A stretch of DNA of 64,000 bases from Longimicrobiales bacterium. Its GTDB lineage: Bacteria; Gemmatimonadota; Gemmatimonadetes; Longimicrobiales; Gaopeijiaceae. Below the pieces are notes generated by a model. The model searched no databases and was not told where the DNA came from. It was given only the letters and a program-made list of their open reading frames with translations. This document shows positions 26,960 through 36,886 of this stretch, piece by piece (positions within the stretch are counted from its first letter, which is position 1; each line of letters opens with the position of its first letter). Both the position numbers and the translations under genes were made by a program. The stretch is taken from positions 2,368,001 to 2,432,000 of the forward strand of contig OZ242008.1 in NCBI GenBank assembly GCA_965204735.1. The letters run 5' to 3'.

Positions 26960-29900
26960 ATGACTCGCTCCAAGATCGCCGCCCGGGCCGCCGTCGCCGG
27001 AGTCCTCGCGCTCCTCGCGTCGCTCCCGGCCTCGGCCTCGGCCCAGTACTTCGGGCGCAACAAGGTCCAGTACGAGGAGTTCGACTTCAAGGTCCTGACC
27101 ACGGCCAACTGGGAGATCCACTACTACCCCGACGCCGAGGACGCCATCGAGGACATCGCCCGCCTCGCCGAGCGCTGGTACGAGCGCTTCGCCCGGGCGT
27201 TCCAGCACGAGTTCGACGACCGGAAGCCCCTGGTCATCTACGCGGACCACCCCGACTTCCAGCAGACCAACACGCTGTCCGGCTCGATCAGCCAGGGCAC
27301 GGGCGGCGTCACCGAATCCCTCAAGAACCGGGTCATCATGCCCCTGACCGCCTCCTACCGGGAGACGGACAGGATCCTGGGCCACGAGCTGGTCCACGCC
27401 TTCCAGTACAACATCTCCCAGAGCCAGTCCGGCGGCGGGATCATGAACTTGGCCCAGATGCCCCTGTGGGTGGTGGAGGGGATGGCCGAGTACATGTCGA
27501 TGGGCCGGAACCACCCGCACACGGCCATGTGGCTTCGGGACCACCTTCTGCGGGACGACAAGCCCACCCTGAAGGAGATCACCCGAAACCGGAAGTACTT
27601 CGCGTACAGGTTCGGCCAGGGACTGATCTCGTACCTGGGGGGCACCTACGGGGACGACGCCGTGCAGGACCTCTTCCGCACGGCGCTGCGCACCGGATGG
27701 GAAGCGGCGATCGAACAGGTGTTCGGGATGCCCGAGGACACCTTGGCGATGCAGTGGTGGGAAGCGGTGGAGGCCGAGTACCGGCCCCTGATGGCAGGCA
27801 AGACCGATCCCCACGAGACCGGCGACGTTCTGCTGTGCGAGGAGTGCGGCGCCGGGCGGACCAACATCTCGCCCTCGATCAGTCCCGACGGGCGCTGGAT
27901 CGTCTTCCAGTCGGAGCGGGACCTCTTCTCGATGGACCTCTTCCTGGCCGAGGTGGAGACGGGGCGCATCCTCCGGCCCCTGCAGAGGAACCAGACCCCC
28001 TACATCGACGGCATCCGCTACGTGGACACCAGCGGCTCCTGGTCCCCGGACAGCCGGAAGCTGGCGTTCGTGATCCTGGCGGGCGGCAACAACCAGCTGG
28101 CGATCCTGGACGTGGCCACCGGCGCCTTGGAAGAGCGGATCGAGATCGAGGAGCTCGGGGCGATCCAGAACCCGGCTTGGTCGCCCGACGGCAGGCGGAT
28201 CGCCTTCTCGGGGCTGAAGGGCGGGATCACGGACCTGTACGTGTACGACCTGGAGACGGGGGGCGTGCAGCAGCTCACCAACGACAAGCACGCGGACATG
28301 CACCCGGCTTGGTCGCCCGACGGCCGCACCTTGGCCTTCACGTCGGACCGGGGCCCGGGGACGGACTTCGCGCAGCTGAGCTTCGGCAACTACGTCCTGT
28401 CGTTCCTGGACGTGGAGACGCTGGAGGTGGAGGCCCTGACCGTCTTCGCCGGCGCCAAGCACGTGAACCCCGTCTACGACCGGACGGGCGGCGGAATCTT
28501 CTTCGTGTCGGACCCCGACGGCTTCCCGGACGTCTTCCACCTGGACTTGGCGAGCGGCGAGATGCTGCGGATCACGCGGGCAGTCACGGGCGTGAGCGGG
28601 ATCACCATGCTCTCGCCGGCGATCTCCTACTCTCCGCAGCAGGACCTGCTGGCGTTCTCCGTGTTCCACGAACGGGGCTACATCGTCAACACGGCCAGGC
28701 CCGACGAGACCTCGACCTACGTGGACGTGGCGGCCGACGCGAGCGGGCCCCGCCCCGGGCGGCTCCTTCCCCCGGGAGCGCCCGCGATCCGCAGCCGGGT
28801 GGGCGGCTATCTGGACGACGCCCTTACCGGACTCGTCTCCGACAGCGTGTACACCGGCGCTCAGGCGGAGGAGTACAGTCCCTCCTTGAAGCTGGACTAC
28901 GTGGGCCAGCCGACGATCGGGGTCGGCGCCGACGCGTTCGGTTCGTACATCGGCGGCGGCGCGTACGCCTTCTTCAGCGACATGCTCGGCGACCGCTCCC
29001 TGGGGGTGTCCCTGAACGCCAACGGAACGATCAAGGACATCGGCGGCCAAGTCTTCTACCTCAACCAGAGGAAGCGCTGGAACTGGGGCGTGGGGGTGCA
29101 GCACACGCCCTACGTCCGCCAGTACTTCAGCTTTGGGCAGAACTCCTTCAACATCGTCCGCGAACGGATCTTCATCGACGCGGCACGGGGGCTGGTGGCG
29201 TTTCCCCTGTCGTCCACGCGCCGGCTCGAAGCCGGCTTGGGGTTCACCCGCTACAGCTTTGACGTGGAGCGGGACACGTACTACACCGATCCCTTCGGAC
29301 GGGTCGTGAACTTCGAGCGGACGGATCTGAACGCCCTGGAACGGGATCCGCTGAACTTGGCGTCCGTCTCCCTGGCGTTCGTGGGGGACAACTCGTTCCT
29401 CGCGTTCACGAGTCCCGTTCGCGGGTCGCGCTTCAGGGTCGCCGCCGAAGCGTACCACGGCACCGTCGGCTTTCAGTCGATCACGGCGGACTACCGTCGC
29501 TACTTCAACAACGGCGGCCCCGCGACGCTGGCGTTCCGCGGACTCCACTTCGGCAGATACGGCGACATCCAGAAGCTCGAAGAGAAGCAGCTCTCGCCGT
29601 ACTTCCTGGGCTACGAGACGCTGATTCGGGGCTACGCCTTCGATTCCTTCGACCGAAACCAGGACTGCACGGTCAGCCGCGCGGGCTCCACCTGCCCCGA
29701 GCTGGACCGGCTGTTCGGACAGCGCCTGGGCGTGGTCAACTTGGAACTCCGCCTGCCTCTGACGGGGATCGAGGAGTTCGGGATGATCAACTTCCCGTAC
29801 GTGCCGATCGAGCTGACGGCCTTCACCGACGTAGGGTACGCGTGGGACAGCGAGCGGCCCGGAGAGCTGCGCTGGTCGCGGAACTCGGCGGAACGGATTC

Positions 29901-30034
29901 CCCTGGCGTCGAGCGGGTTCTCGGCCCGCTTCAACGTCCTGGGGTTCGTGATCCTGGAAGGGTACTACGTCTACCCGTGGCAACGCCCCGAGAAGGGCTG
30001 GCACTGGGGCTTCCACATCGCCCCCGGCTGGTAG
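26960..30034 (+). CDS. Omp85/BamA-superfamily protein with N-terminal zinc peptidase and PD40/TolB propeller
   Basis: Signal peptide AQYFGRNKVQY; HELVH...EGMAEY; repeated P.WSPDGR; IRGY, NLELRLP, aromatic C-terminus. Confidence 0.88.
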   Translation: MTRSKIAARAAVAGVLALLASLPASASAQYFGRNKVQYEEFDFKVLTTANWEIHYYPDAEDAIEDIARLAERWYERFARAFQHEFDDRKPLVIYADHPDFQQTNTLSGSISQGTGGVTESLKNRVIMPLTASYRETDRILGHELVHAFQYNISQSQSGGGIMNLAQMPLWVVEGMAEYMSMGRNHPHTAMWLRDHLLRDDKPTLKEITRNRKYFAYRFGQGLISYLGGTYGDDAVQDLFRTALRTGWEAAIEQVFGMPEDTLAMQWWEAVEAEYRPLMAGKTDPHETGDVLLCEECGAGRTNISPSISPDGRWIVFQSERDLFSMDLFLAEVETGRILRPLQRNQTPYIDGIRYVDTSGSWSPDSRKLAFVILAGGNNQLAILDVATGALEERIEIEELGAIQNPAWSPDGRRIAFSGLKGGITDLYVYDLETGGVQQLTNDKHADMHPAWSPDGRTLAFTSDRGPGTDFAQLSFGNYVLSFLDVETLEVEALTVFAGAKHVNPVYDRTGGGIFFVSDPDGFPDVFHLDLASGEMLRITRAVTGVSGITMLSPAISYSPQQDLLAFSVFHERGYIVNTARPDETSTYVDVAADASGPRPGRLLPPGAPAIRSRVGGYLDDALTGLVSDSVYTGAQAEEYSPSLKLDYVGQPTIGVGADAFGSYIGGGAYAFFSDMLGDRSLGVSLNANGTIKDIGGQVFYLNQRKRWNWGVGVQHTPYVRQYFSFGQNSFNIVRERIFIDAARGLVAFPLSSTRRLEAGLGFTRYSFDVERDTYYTDPFGRVVNFERTDLNALERDPLNLASVSLAFVGDNSFLAFTSPVRGSRFRVAAEAYHGTVGFQSITADYRRYFNNGGPATLAFRGLHFGRYGDIQKLEEKQLSPYFLGYETLIRGYAFDSFDRNQDCTVSRAGSTCPELDRLFGQRLGVVNLELRLPLTGIEEFGMINFPYVPIELTAFTDVGYAWDSERPGELRWSRNSAERIPLASSGFSARFNVLGFVILEGYYVYPWQRPEKGWHWGFHIAPGW

Positions 30035-30106
30035 CGTCGGCGAGCGGTCGCGAACTCCGTCTCGGCTCCGGCATGGACGTTCGCCCCGTTCCGCCTGCCG
30101 CCCACG

Positions 30107-31072
30107 TCAGAAGACGCTGATCGACAAGTAGCGGCTCGGGTTCGCCTTCAGGTCGTCCAACAGGTCCTTGAGGCTCCGGGCGGCGGCGTCCAGGGAGTGG
30201 TAGAGCGAGTCGTTCGCCGAAAGCTGGCCCAGGGTTCCTTCGCCCCGCTCGATCCGCGCCAGGACGGCGTTGAGCGACGACACCGACTCCTCCAGCGCGC
30301 GCGAAGTCCGGCTCATGCCGGTCAGCGCCGAGTCGGCGGAGGCCAAGGTCCGCCCCCACGCTTCGGCTCCGGTGATGCCTTCCACGTTCTCGGCCGACCG
30401 GTTCAGGGCGGCCAAGAGGGAGCGGACCTCGTCGGCTTGGCTCGCGGTGACCGCCGCCAGCTCGTCCAAGAGGTCGCGCAACGACGACACGGCGGCGCCC
30501 GCCCCCGCCACGGCCGAATCCGAGAGCAGGGCCTGGATGCGCCCCAGCACGTCGCCGGCGTCGTCGGCCAGGTCGCCCGCCGAGTCGAACACTCCCGGCA
30601 CCGCGGCGCCGGGCAGCTCGGTCATGGGCGCGAGGGCGCCGGGTCCCGGCCCGGGGACCACCGACACCACGGTGCCGCCCAGGATCCCCCCCGAAAGGAG
30701 CTCGGAGCGCGAGCCGGACGGAACCTGCCACTCGCCTTCGACCTCGAGGGTGATCAGCACGCTGTCGCCCTCCAGCGCGAAGCGGTGCACGCGCCCGATG
30801 TTGATCCCGCGCATCTGGACCGGATCGCCCTTGCGGATGCCCTGGGCGTCGTGCACGCGGGTGACCAGCATGTAGCGCCCCCGGAAGGTGGCCGGGCTGG
30901 TCATGAGGAAGAGGATCGTGAAGAAGCCCGCGATCCCCAGGATCACGAACAAGCCGACCCGGAAGTGGCGGGCGCCGGCCGTGGGCGGCACCGCCCGAAG
31001 AACCTCCTGGTCGGAAAGGCGCCGGGCTCCCGGCGCGCTCTGGTCGTTCATCTTCGCCCTCGCGTCGCTCAT
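30107..31072 (-). CDS. mlaD: MCE/MlaD-family protein with long helical C-terminus
   Basis: VGLFVILG TM, GIRKGDPVQMRGINIGRV, GEGTLGQL, DLKANPSRY. Confidence 0.9.
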   Translation of the reverse strand: MSDARAKMNDQSAPGARRLSDQEVLRAVPPTAGARHFRVGLFVILGIAGFFTILFLMTSPATFRGRYMLVTRVHDAQGIRKGDPVQMRGINIGRVHRFALEGDSVLITLEVEGEWQVPSGSRSELLSGGILGGTVVSVVPGPGPGALAPMTELPGAAVPGVFDSAGDLADDAGDVLGRIQALLSDSAVAGAGAAVSSLRDLLDELAAVTASQADEVRSLLAALNRSAENVEGITGAEAWGRTLASADSALTGMSRTSRALEESVSSLNAVLARIERGEGTLGQLSANDSLYHSLDAAARSLKDLLDDLKANPSRYLSISVF

Positions 31073-31911
31073 GTCGTCTCCACCACGTCGAGAGCGGCCT
31101 CGGCGGCCGCCCGGTCGACAAACGCCCTCACCACCGGGTCGGCGTCGGTCCGGAACGCTTCCGGCGTTCCGCAGAACCGGATGCGGCCGCCTTCCAGCAT
31201 GGCCACGCGATCGCACATCCAGAGGGCGCCCTCCACGTCGTGGGTCACGATCATGGAGGTGACCTGCAGGTCCTTCGAGAGGTCCGTGATCAAGCGCTCC
31301 ACCGCCGCCGTGTTCACGGGGTCCAGGCCGGTGGTGGGCTCGTCCCAGAGCAGGATGCTGGGCCGTCCCACGATCGCCCGGGCAATGCCGGCGCGCTTCT
31401 TCATTCCCCCGGAGAGCTCCGCCGGCAACAGCGAGAGCACCGAGTCGGGCTCGAGGTTGACCCGCTCCAGGGCCTTCCACACGGCTCGCGCGATCTCGGT
31501 TCGGCTCATGCGCCGCAAGCGGTCCGGCGGCAACCCCATCTGCACGTTCTGGTACACGTCCATGGAATCGAAGAGGGCGGCGTGCTGGAAGACGTAGCCG
31601 ACCTGCCGGCGAACCCGTGCCAGCGAGCCGTTCTCCCCGAAGTACACGGAGCGACCGTCCACTTCCACGTCGCCTCGGTCGGGGACCACCAGGCCGATCG
31701 TGGTCTTGAGGAGCACGCTCTTGCCGGTGCCCGACGGGCCGAAGAGCGCGAACATCTCGCCCGGCGCCACGTCGAGGTCGACGCCCGCCAGCACGGGGTG
31801 ACCGAACGCCTTGTGGGTGTTGCGGAAGCGAATCACGCTCGCGGCGCCCTCGCCGGACGGCCGGGGGCCGGCGCGACGACCTCGCTCGCTTCGGGGGCGA
31901 ACCGAGCTCAT
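31069..31911 (-). CDS. mlaF: MlaF/Mkl-family ABC ATP-binding protein
   Basis: GPSGTGKS, FQHAALFDS, LSGGMKKR, WDEPTTGLDP; start 31911 (ATGA overlap) or GTG 31836. Confidence 0.9.
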   Translation of the reverse strand: MSSVRPRSERGRRAGPRPSGEGAASVIRFRNTHKAFGHPVLAGVDLDVAPGEMFALFGPSGTGKSVLLKTTIGLVVPDRGDVEVDGRSVYFGENGSLARVRRQVGYVFQHAALFDSMDVYQNVQMGLPPDRLRRMSRTEIARAVWKALERVNLEPDSVLSLLPAELSGGMKKRAGIARAIVGRPSILLWDEPTTGLDPVNTAAVERLITDLSKDLQVTSMIVTHDVEGALWMCDRVAMLEGGRIRFCGTPEAFRTDADPVVRAFVDRAAAEAALDVVETT

Positions 31912-32699
31912 TGCAGGAAGAGAGGCGGGAACAAGGCGTCGAGAATCAGCACGGTCAGGGTCTGAAACATGACCGAGGACGTGGTGGTGCGCCCCACGCC
32001 GGCGGCACCGCCGGTGGTGCGGAAGCCCATGTGGATGGCGATGACGGGGATGGCGAAGCCGAAGACCGTCGCCTTCATGAGGGAGTACAGCAGGTCCCAC
32101 GAGTGCCAGAAGAGGCGAGCGCCGTAGAAGAAGGTCTCGTAGCTGAGCCCCAGGGAGAGGTCGGCGGCCACCATTCCGGAGAACATGCCCACTGCGTTGG
32201 CCAAGCCCACAAGCAGGGGCATGACCAGAAGGCCCGCCAGGATTCGGGGGGCGCCCAGGACAACCACCGGATCGCGCCCCAGCGAGTGGTATGCGTCGAT
32301 CTGCTCCGAAACCACCATCGTGCCCAGCTCCGCGGTGATGCGGGCGCCGACCCGGCCCACCAGGACGACCGCGGTCAAGACCGGACCCAGCTCCAAGACG
32401 ATGCTGGTGACGGTGACGCTGCCCAGCACGTAGAGGGGAATCGTGGAGGTGAACTGGTAGCCGCCCTGCTGGGAGGTGACGATCCCGGAGAGCACTGCCG
32501 TGACCATCACGATCGGGATGCTCTGGACGCCCATGACGTACATCTGCCGCACGAACTCGCGGAGCGACACCTGAAGGCGGAGCGACGCGACGAAGGTCGA
32601 CCAGACCAGCTGGGCGATCTGGCCGGCGTGCCCGGCCCATGCTTCCCACCAGCGGCCTACCGCTTGGACGGGCCGGACGGGGAAGGTGCTTCCCGTCAC
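31908..32699 (-). CDS. mlaE: MlaE-family ABC permease
   Basis: ELGPVLTAVVLVGRVGARITAELGTMVVSEQIDA, GGAAGVGRTTT; GTG overlaps upstream stop. Confidence 0.92.
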   Translation of the reverse strand: MTGSTFPVRPVQAVGRWWEAWAGHAGQIAQLVWSTFVASLRLQVSLREFVRQMYVMGVQSIPIVMVTAVLSGIVTSQQGGYQFTSTIPLYVLGSVTVTSIVLELGPVLTAVVLVGRVGARITAELGTMVVSEQIDAYHSLGRDPVVVLGAPRILAGLLVMPLLVGLANAVGMFSGMVAADLSLGLSYETFFYGARLFWHSWDLLYSLMKATVFGFAIPVIAIHMGFRTTGGAAGVGRTTTSSVMFQTLTVLILDALFPPLFLQ

Positions 32700-33265
32700 A
32701 GCCCCGGGCTCGAGATGCGCGATCGGGGCGCACCGGGGGGCCCGGCGGGCGGTCGCCGCCTTTCGCCAGCGCCCACCAGGACGCCCACGGCGATCGTCTG
32801 CCGGTTGACGGCGCCGCCGAGCTGCTGGCGGAACTCTCCGAACGGCGTCACCACGGGCACTTGGGGGAACCGAACGCCTGCGATCAGGCTGAACGCCCAC
32901 TCGTTGCTCGGCTCCAGCATGGGCGTGTCGTCGCCCGGGTCGAAGCTGCGGTAGGAGGCCCCGCCGCCCACGTAGAGGGGTCCCGGGCCGAAGAGGAGCT
33001 GGCCGCCGACCTCGTAGGAGCTGCATTGGTCGCAGTCCAGGAAGAAGTGGTCGTAGGCGCCGGCCAGCGTCGTTCCGGGACGGATGAAGTCCAGGTCCAG
33101 CTCGAGGCGGCCTCCGGCGCCGAAGTCGCCGCCGACGATCTTGGTCTGGTACGCGGCGTGGGCGCCGACCCGAAACTGGGCCCGGGCGGCGGTCGTCGGG
33201 AACGCGGCGACGAGAGCCGCGATCGCCGTTGCGTGGAAGAGCCGTCGCGGACGAGTGCGGGGCAC
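32696..33265 (-). CDS. Putative small outer-membrane beta-barrel protein
   Basis: GGAGG + GTG, signal peptide ending ARA-Q, amphipathic strands (GAGGRLEL, LYVGGGASY, PFGEFR). Confidence 0.65.
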   Translation of the reverse strand: MPRTRPRRLFHATAIAALVAAFPTTAARAQFRVGAHAAYQTKIVGGDFGAGGRLELDLDFIRPGTTLAGAYDHFFLDCDQCSSYEVGGQLLFGPGPLYVGGGASYRSFDPGDDTPMLEPSNEWAFSLIAGVRFPQVPVVTPFGEFRQQLGGAVNRQTIAVGVLVGAGERRRPPAGPPGAPRSRISSPGL

Positions 33266-33353
33266 GGGCGCGCCTCCCTGGATGGTTGCGAACGGACGCT
33301 TGGAATGTAAGCTAAGCCGCGTCGAGCGGAACGGAGCGAGGAGGCCCGACCCC

Positions 33354-33881
33354 GTGAACTTCAAGTGGTGGCTGATCGTGGGGCCAGTGTTGCTGGCCGA
33401 GGGGCCGGTGTTGCGGGACGTGGAGCCGGCGCACCCCTTCCGTCTGTCGGTGGCCGACGTGATCGTCTCGGGGGCGTCGATGGAGGTGCGGATCCGCTTC
33501 TTCTGGGACGACCTGCAGATCGCCGTGATGGAGAGCGAGTCCGACATGGACTTCCGCTTGGCCGAGACGCCGGGCGCGGACTCGGTGGTCGCGCGCTACA
33601 TCGGCGAGATGCTGGTGTTCGAGGCCGGCGGCGCACCGCTGGCGGGCGTCCTGGCCGAGCGCGGCGTCGAGGAAGCGGCCCGGATCGACGAGGTGATGTG
33701 GTGGTACCGCCTGCGCTACGAGCTGCCGCCTGGAACCGAAAGGATCGGCATCCGCAACCGGGTCCTCTTCAACATGTTCGAGGACCAGCGCAACTTGGTC
33801 CACCTGAAGACGCGGAGCGGGAGGGAGCGGACGTACTACTTCACGTGGGACGACGACCGGGTCGCAGCGCCGATTGGCTGA
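33354..33881 (+). CDS. Hypothetical exported protein (DUF6702-like)
   Basis: GGAGG + GTG; AHPFRLSVADV, IRFFWDDL, NRVLFNMFEDQRNLVH. Confidence 0.7.
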   Translation: MNFKWWLIVGPVLLAEGPVLRDVEPAHPFRLSVADVIVSGASMEVRIRFFWDDLQIAVMESESDMDFRLAETPGADSVVARYIGEMLVFEAGGAPLAGVLAERGVEEAARIDEVMWWYRLRYELPPGTERIGIRNRVLFNMFEDQRNLVHLKTRSGRERTYYFTWDDDRVAAPIG

Positions 33882-34972
33882 CCGTCTTCCGGTTGGCCGA
33901 CCATCTTCCAGAACGCGATGCCGCCGGCCTGCTCTCCCACGGCCACGTCGGCGACCCTCTCGAAGGTGGAGAGGTCGAAGACGTCCACCTTGCCGGGCTG
34001 CGAGCCGACCCCTTCGGCAGAGACGAAGGCGTATCGGCCGTCGGGGCTCGTCGCCACGCCGTGGGTCACGGTGGTGGAGGATGCGGTCACGGCCAGGGAG
34101 CGGCCCGCCTCCAGGTCGAAGAACTGGACTGCGCCGCCCTGCTTGAGGGTCGCGATCAAGAGGTTCGAGCCGGGGACCACGTCCAGGTTGTAGGGGCCTT
34201 CTCCGGTCGCCAGGGTGCGGGCAAGGGACCAGGACTCGCGGTCGATCTCGAGGACGCGGGCGAGGCGGTTGCAGGCGACCAGGACGGTGCCCCGCCCGGG
34301 CACGGGCGTCGCCCACGTCGGCGAGCAGCCGGGGTCCACCGAGAACCGTCGCGCCACCTGGAAGGTGCGGGTGTCCACCTCGACGATCTGGTCGTCCATC
34401 ATGCACGCCGAGTAGAGGAAGTCGCCGGAGGCGTCCAGGCGGGCCCCGTGGGGCATGACGCACGTCTCGATCCGCTCGACCTCGACCATGCCGGGGGCGT
34501 ACACCACCGACACGGAAGAGGGGGTGGTCTCGCCGTGGAGGTTGAAGTTGGCCACGAAGGCGTAGAGGCCGCCCGGGGTCACGTCCAGCGTGGCGGGGAA
34601 GTGGCCCAGGGGTATGGGATCGGCGACCAGCGTGTCCGGCCCTGCGTCGTACTTCCACAGCTTGCCGCTGGGGACGCCGTGGCCGGTGGTCATGTAGAGG
34701 AAGCGTCCGTCGGGCGAGAAGCGGAGGCCGTGGGGGCCCTCCGTCTCGGCGGCCGCTTCGCCGACTACGACGGTGCGATCGACGGCCGCCCCTTCCGGGC
34801 CGAAGCGGATCCGGTGCAGAAGATCGGCGGATTCGGCGCCCACGTAGACGTAGTAGGTCGCCTGCGGCGCCTGGGCCTGGGCCGAGTGGGCGGCCGCAGG
34901 GCTCCAGAAGGCCGGGCAGGCGCCCAGAGCGCCGGCGACGAAGATGGAGACGGTTCCCGTTATCCTTGCCAT
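33836..34972 (-). CDS. YncE/YVTN-type beta-propeller protein
   Basis: Signal peptide; repeats GPHGLRFSPDGRFLY, HGVATSPDGRYAFV, VGEQAGGI. Confidence 0.85.
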   Translation of the reverse strand: MARITGTVSIFVAGALGACPAFWSPAAAHSAQAQAPQATYYVYVGAESADLLHRIRFGPEGAAVDRTVVVGEAAAETEGPHGLRFSPDGRFLYMTTGHGVPSGKLWKYDAGPDTLVADPIPLGHFPATLDVTPGGLYAFVANFNLHGETTPSSVSVVYAPGMVEVERIETCVMPHGARLDASGDFLYSACMMDDQIVEVDTRTFQVARRFSVDPGCSPTWATPVPGRGTVLVACNRLARVLEIDRESWSLARTLATGEGPYNLDVVPGSNLLIATLKQGGAVQFFDLEAGRSLAVTASSTTVTHGVATSPDGRYAFVSAEGVGSQPGKVDVFDLSTFERVADVAVGEQAGGIAFWKMVGQPEDGQPIGAATRSSSHVK

Positions 34973-35076
34973 GGAACAACCCTAGAATCACCTTGGCGGT
35001 TGCGGCAAGTCGCCGCCGTCCTGGCCGGCGCGGCGCACCGGTCGAAGCTTCCGTTCCCCGTGATCCGGCGCGGCGA

Positions 35077-36324
35077 TTGATCCTTCTCGCAGTCGTGGTG
35101 GTCGCTTCCCTCTCCATCTCCTTCCTCTGCTCGGTGCTGGAGGCGGTCCTCCTCTCGGTGAACCAGGCCTACGTGGCGCTGCTTCAGGACCGGGGCGACC
35201 GAACGGGCGAGCTGCTGGCCCGGATGAAGCAGCGGATCGACGAGCCGATCGCCGCCGTCCTCACCCTGAACACCGTCGCCCACACCGTCGGCGCGGCTTG
35301 GGCCGGCGCCATCGTCGCCCGGACCTACGGCGACGTGTGGATCGGCGTCTTCTCGGCCTTCCTCACCCTGGCCGTCCTCGTCTTCTCGGAGATCATCCCC
35401 AAGACGATCGGCGCCACCTTCTGGAAGGGGCTCGCCAAGCCTTCGGCCCACCTGTTGCGCGCCATGGTCGTGGCGCTGAAGCCGGTGATCGTGCCCTTGG
35501 GGCTGGTCAGCCGCTGGACGGGGGCGGCGCGCAAGCCGCGAGCGACCGTGAGCCGGGCGGAGATCGAGGTGCTCGCCGAGATCGGGCGCCGGGAAGGCGC
35601 GATCGACGAGGACGAGTTCCAGGTGATGTCCAAGGTCATGCAGCTGGACGAGATCACGGCGGGCGACGTGATGACGCCCCGGATCGACATCGTGGCGGTG
35701 CCGGCGGAGGCGACGGTGAGGGAGGCGATGGACGTGATGCTGGACCGGGGCAAGCTGCGGCTGCCGGTCTACGAGGCGAGCCTGGACCAGATCGTCGGCG
35801 TCCTGCTGGCACGGGACCTGTGGCGGGCCGACCGGGAAGGACGGGAGCGGGTGCGGAAGGTGGCGCGGCCCGCCCAGTTCTCGCCTGCGGTCAAGCCCGT
35901 GGAGGACTTGATCCAGGAGATGCGGGCCACGAAGACCAAGATGGTCGTCGTGCTGGACGAGTTCGGCGGCACGGCCGGGCTGGTGACCTTGGAAGACCTG
36001 ATCGAGGAGATCGTCGGGGAGATCCGCGACGAGCACGAAGCCGACGAGCCCGGGAACTTTCAGGATCTGGCGGATGGGCGAACGGGCGTCCGGGGAGGCG
36101 CGCCGACGAAGGAAGTGGAGGAGCGGCTGGGGATCGTCCTGGGCGAGGAGTACGGCACGGTGGGCGGCTACGTCTTCGGCGCCCTGGACCGGGTGGGAAG
36201 GCCTGGAGACTCGGTGGCCGCCGGCCCCGGACGCCTCAGGATCGCGAAGGTCAGGCGGCGCCGGATCGAGTACTTGGTCTACGAGCCGGGCGAGCCGGAG
36301 GGGGCCGAACCCGAGGCCGGCTGA
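35077..36324 (+). CDS. CNNM/DUF21-CBS-CorC (hemolysin/TlyC-like) protein
   Basis: SFLCSVLEAVLLS, SEIIPKTIG, VMTPRID, VLDEFGGTAGLVTLEDLIEEIVGEI; TTG start chosen. Confidence 0.9.
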   Translation: MILLAVVVVASLSISFLCSVLEAVLLSVNQAYVALLQDRGDRTGELLARMKQRIDEPIAAVLTLNTVAHTVGAAWAGAIVARTYGDVWIGVFSAFLTLAVLVFSEIIPKTIGATFWKGLAKPSAHLLRAMVVALKPVIVPLGLVSRWTGAARKPRATVSRAEIEVLAEIGRREGAIDEDEFQVMSKVMQLDEITAGDVMTPRIDIVAVPAEATVREAMDVMLDRGKLRLPVYEASLDQIVGVLLARDLWRADREGRERVRKVARPAQFSPAVKPVEDLIQEMRATKTKMVVVLDEFGGTAGLVTLEDLIEEIVGEIRDEHEADEPGNFQDLADGRTGVRGGAPTKEVEERLGIVLGEEYGTVGGYVFGALDRVGRPGDSVAAGPGRLRIAKVRRRRIEYLVYEPGEPEGAEPEAG

Positions 36325-36830
36325 CCCTCTGCCCGCTCCGCCCGCTTGTGCCGTCTCTCCTCCAGCCAGAAGGAGACGGCGAGGAGAACCGCACCGCAGG
36401 AGATCGCCATGTCGGCGACGTTGAAGATCGGCCAGTCCCAGGTGGTGAAGGGCAGGTCCACCGGACCGATGAAGTCCACCACCCCCCGGTCCCAGCGAAC
36501 GCGGTCGATCAAGTTGCCCAGGGCGCCGGAGACGACGAGGACCAGGGCGAAGACGCGAACCCTGTCGGTCCCGGGGGTTCGGATCAGCAGGGAGAGCATC
36601 AGCCCCAGGGCGAGGAGGGTGAGTGGAATGAAGAACCAGCGAGGGTCGTTGCCGACGGAGAGACCGAAGGCCGCCCCCCGGTTGTAGGCCAGCGTGAGGG
36701 GCACGTGCCCGCCGAGAAAGTCCGGACGGGGAGCGCCGGGGAGCGCCGCCACGGCCCACCGCTTGGTGAGGATGTCCGCTACGAGGATCGCCGGCAGGCA
36801 GGCGGCGAGGATCGCAAGCTTGCGCTTCAC
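36279..36830 (-). CDS. lspA: Lipoprotein signal peptidase II
   Basis: DILTK, NRGAAFG, GALGNLIDR, VVDFI, WPIFNVAD. Confidence 0.95.
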   Translation of the reverse strand: MKRKLAILAACLPAILVADILTKRWAVAALPGAPRPDFLGGHVPLTLAYNRGAAFGLSVGNDPRWFFIPLTLLALGLMLSLLIRTPGTDRVRVFALVLVVSGALGNLIDRVRWDRGVVDFIGPVDLPFTTWDWPIFNVADMAISCGAVLLAVSFWLEERRHKRAERAEGQPASGSAPSGSPGS

Positions 36831-36841
36831 GTGACGAGACT

Positions 36842-36870
36842 CCGGGCTGGTCGGCACTCCGCCAGCCCGG
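36842..36870 (-). terminator. GC-rich hairpin downstream of tmRNA
   Basis: CCGGGCTGG / CCAGCCCGG inverted repeat; no clear U-tract. Confidence 0.5.
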
Positions 36871-36886
36871 CAGAGTGAAGTGGAAG

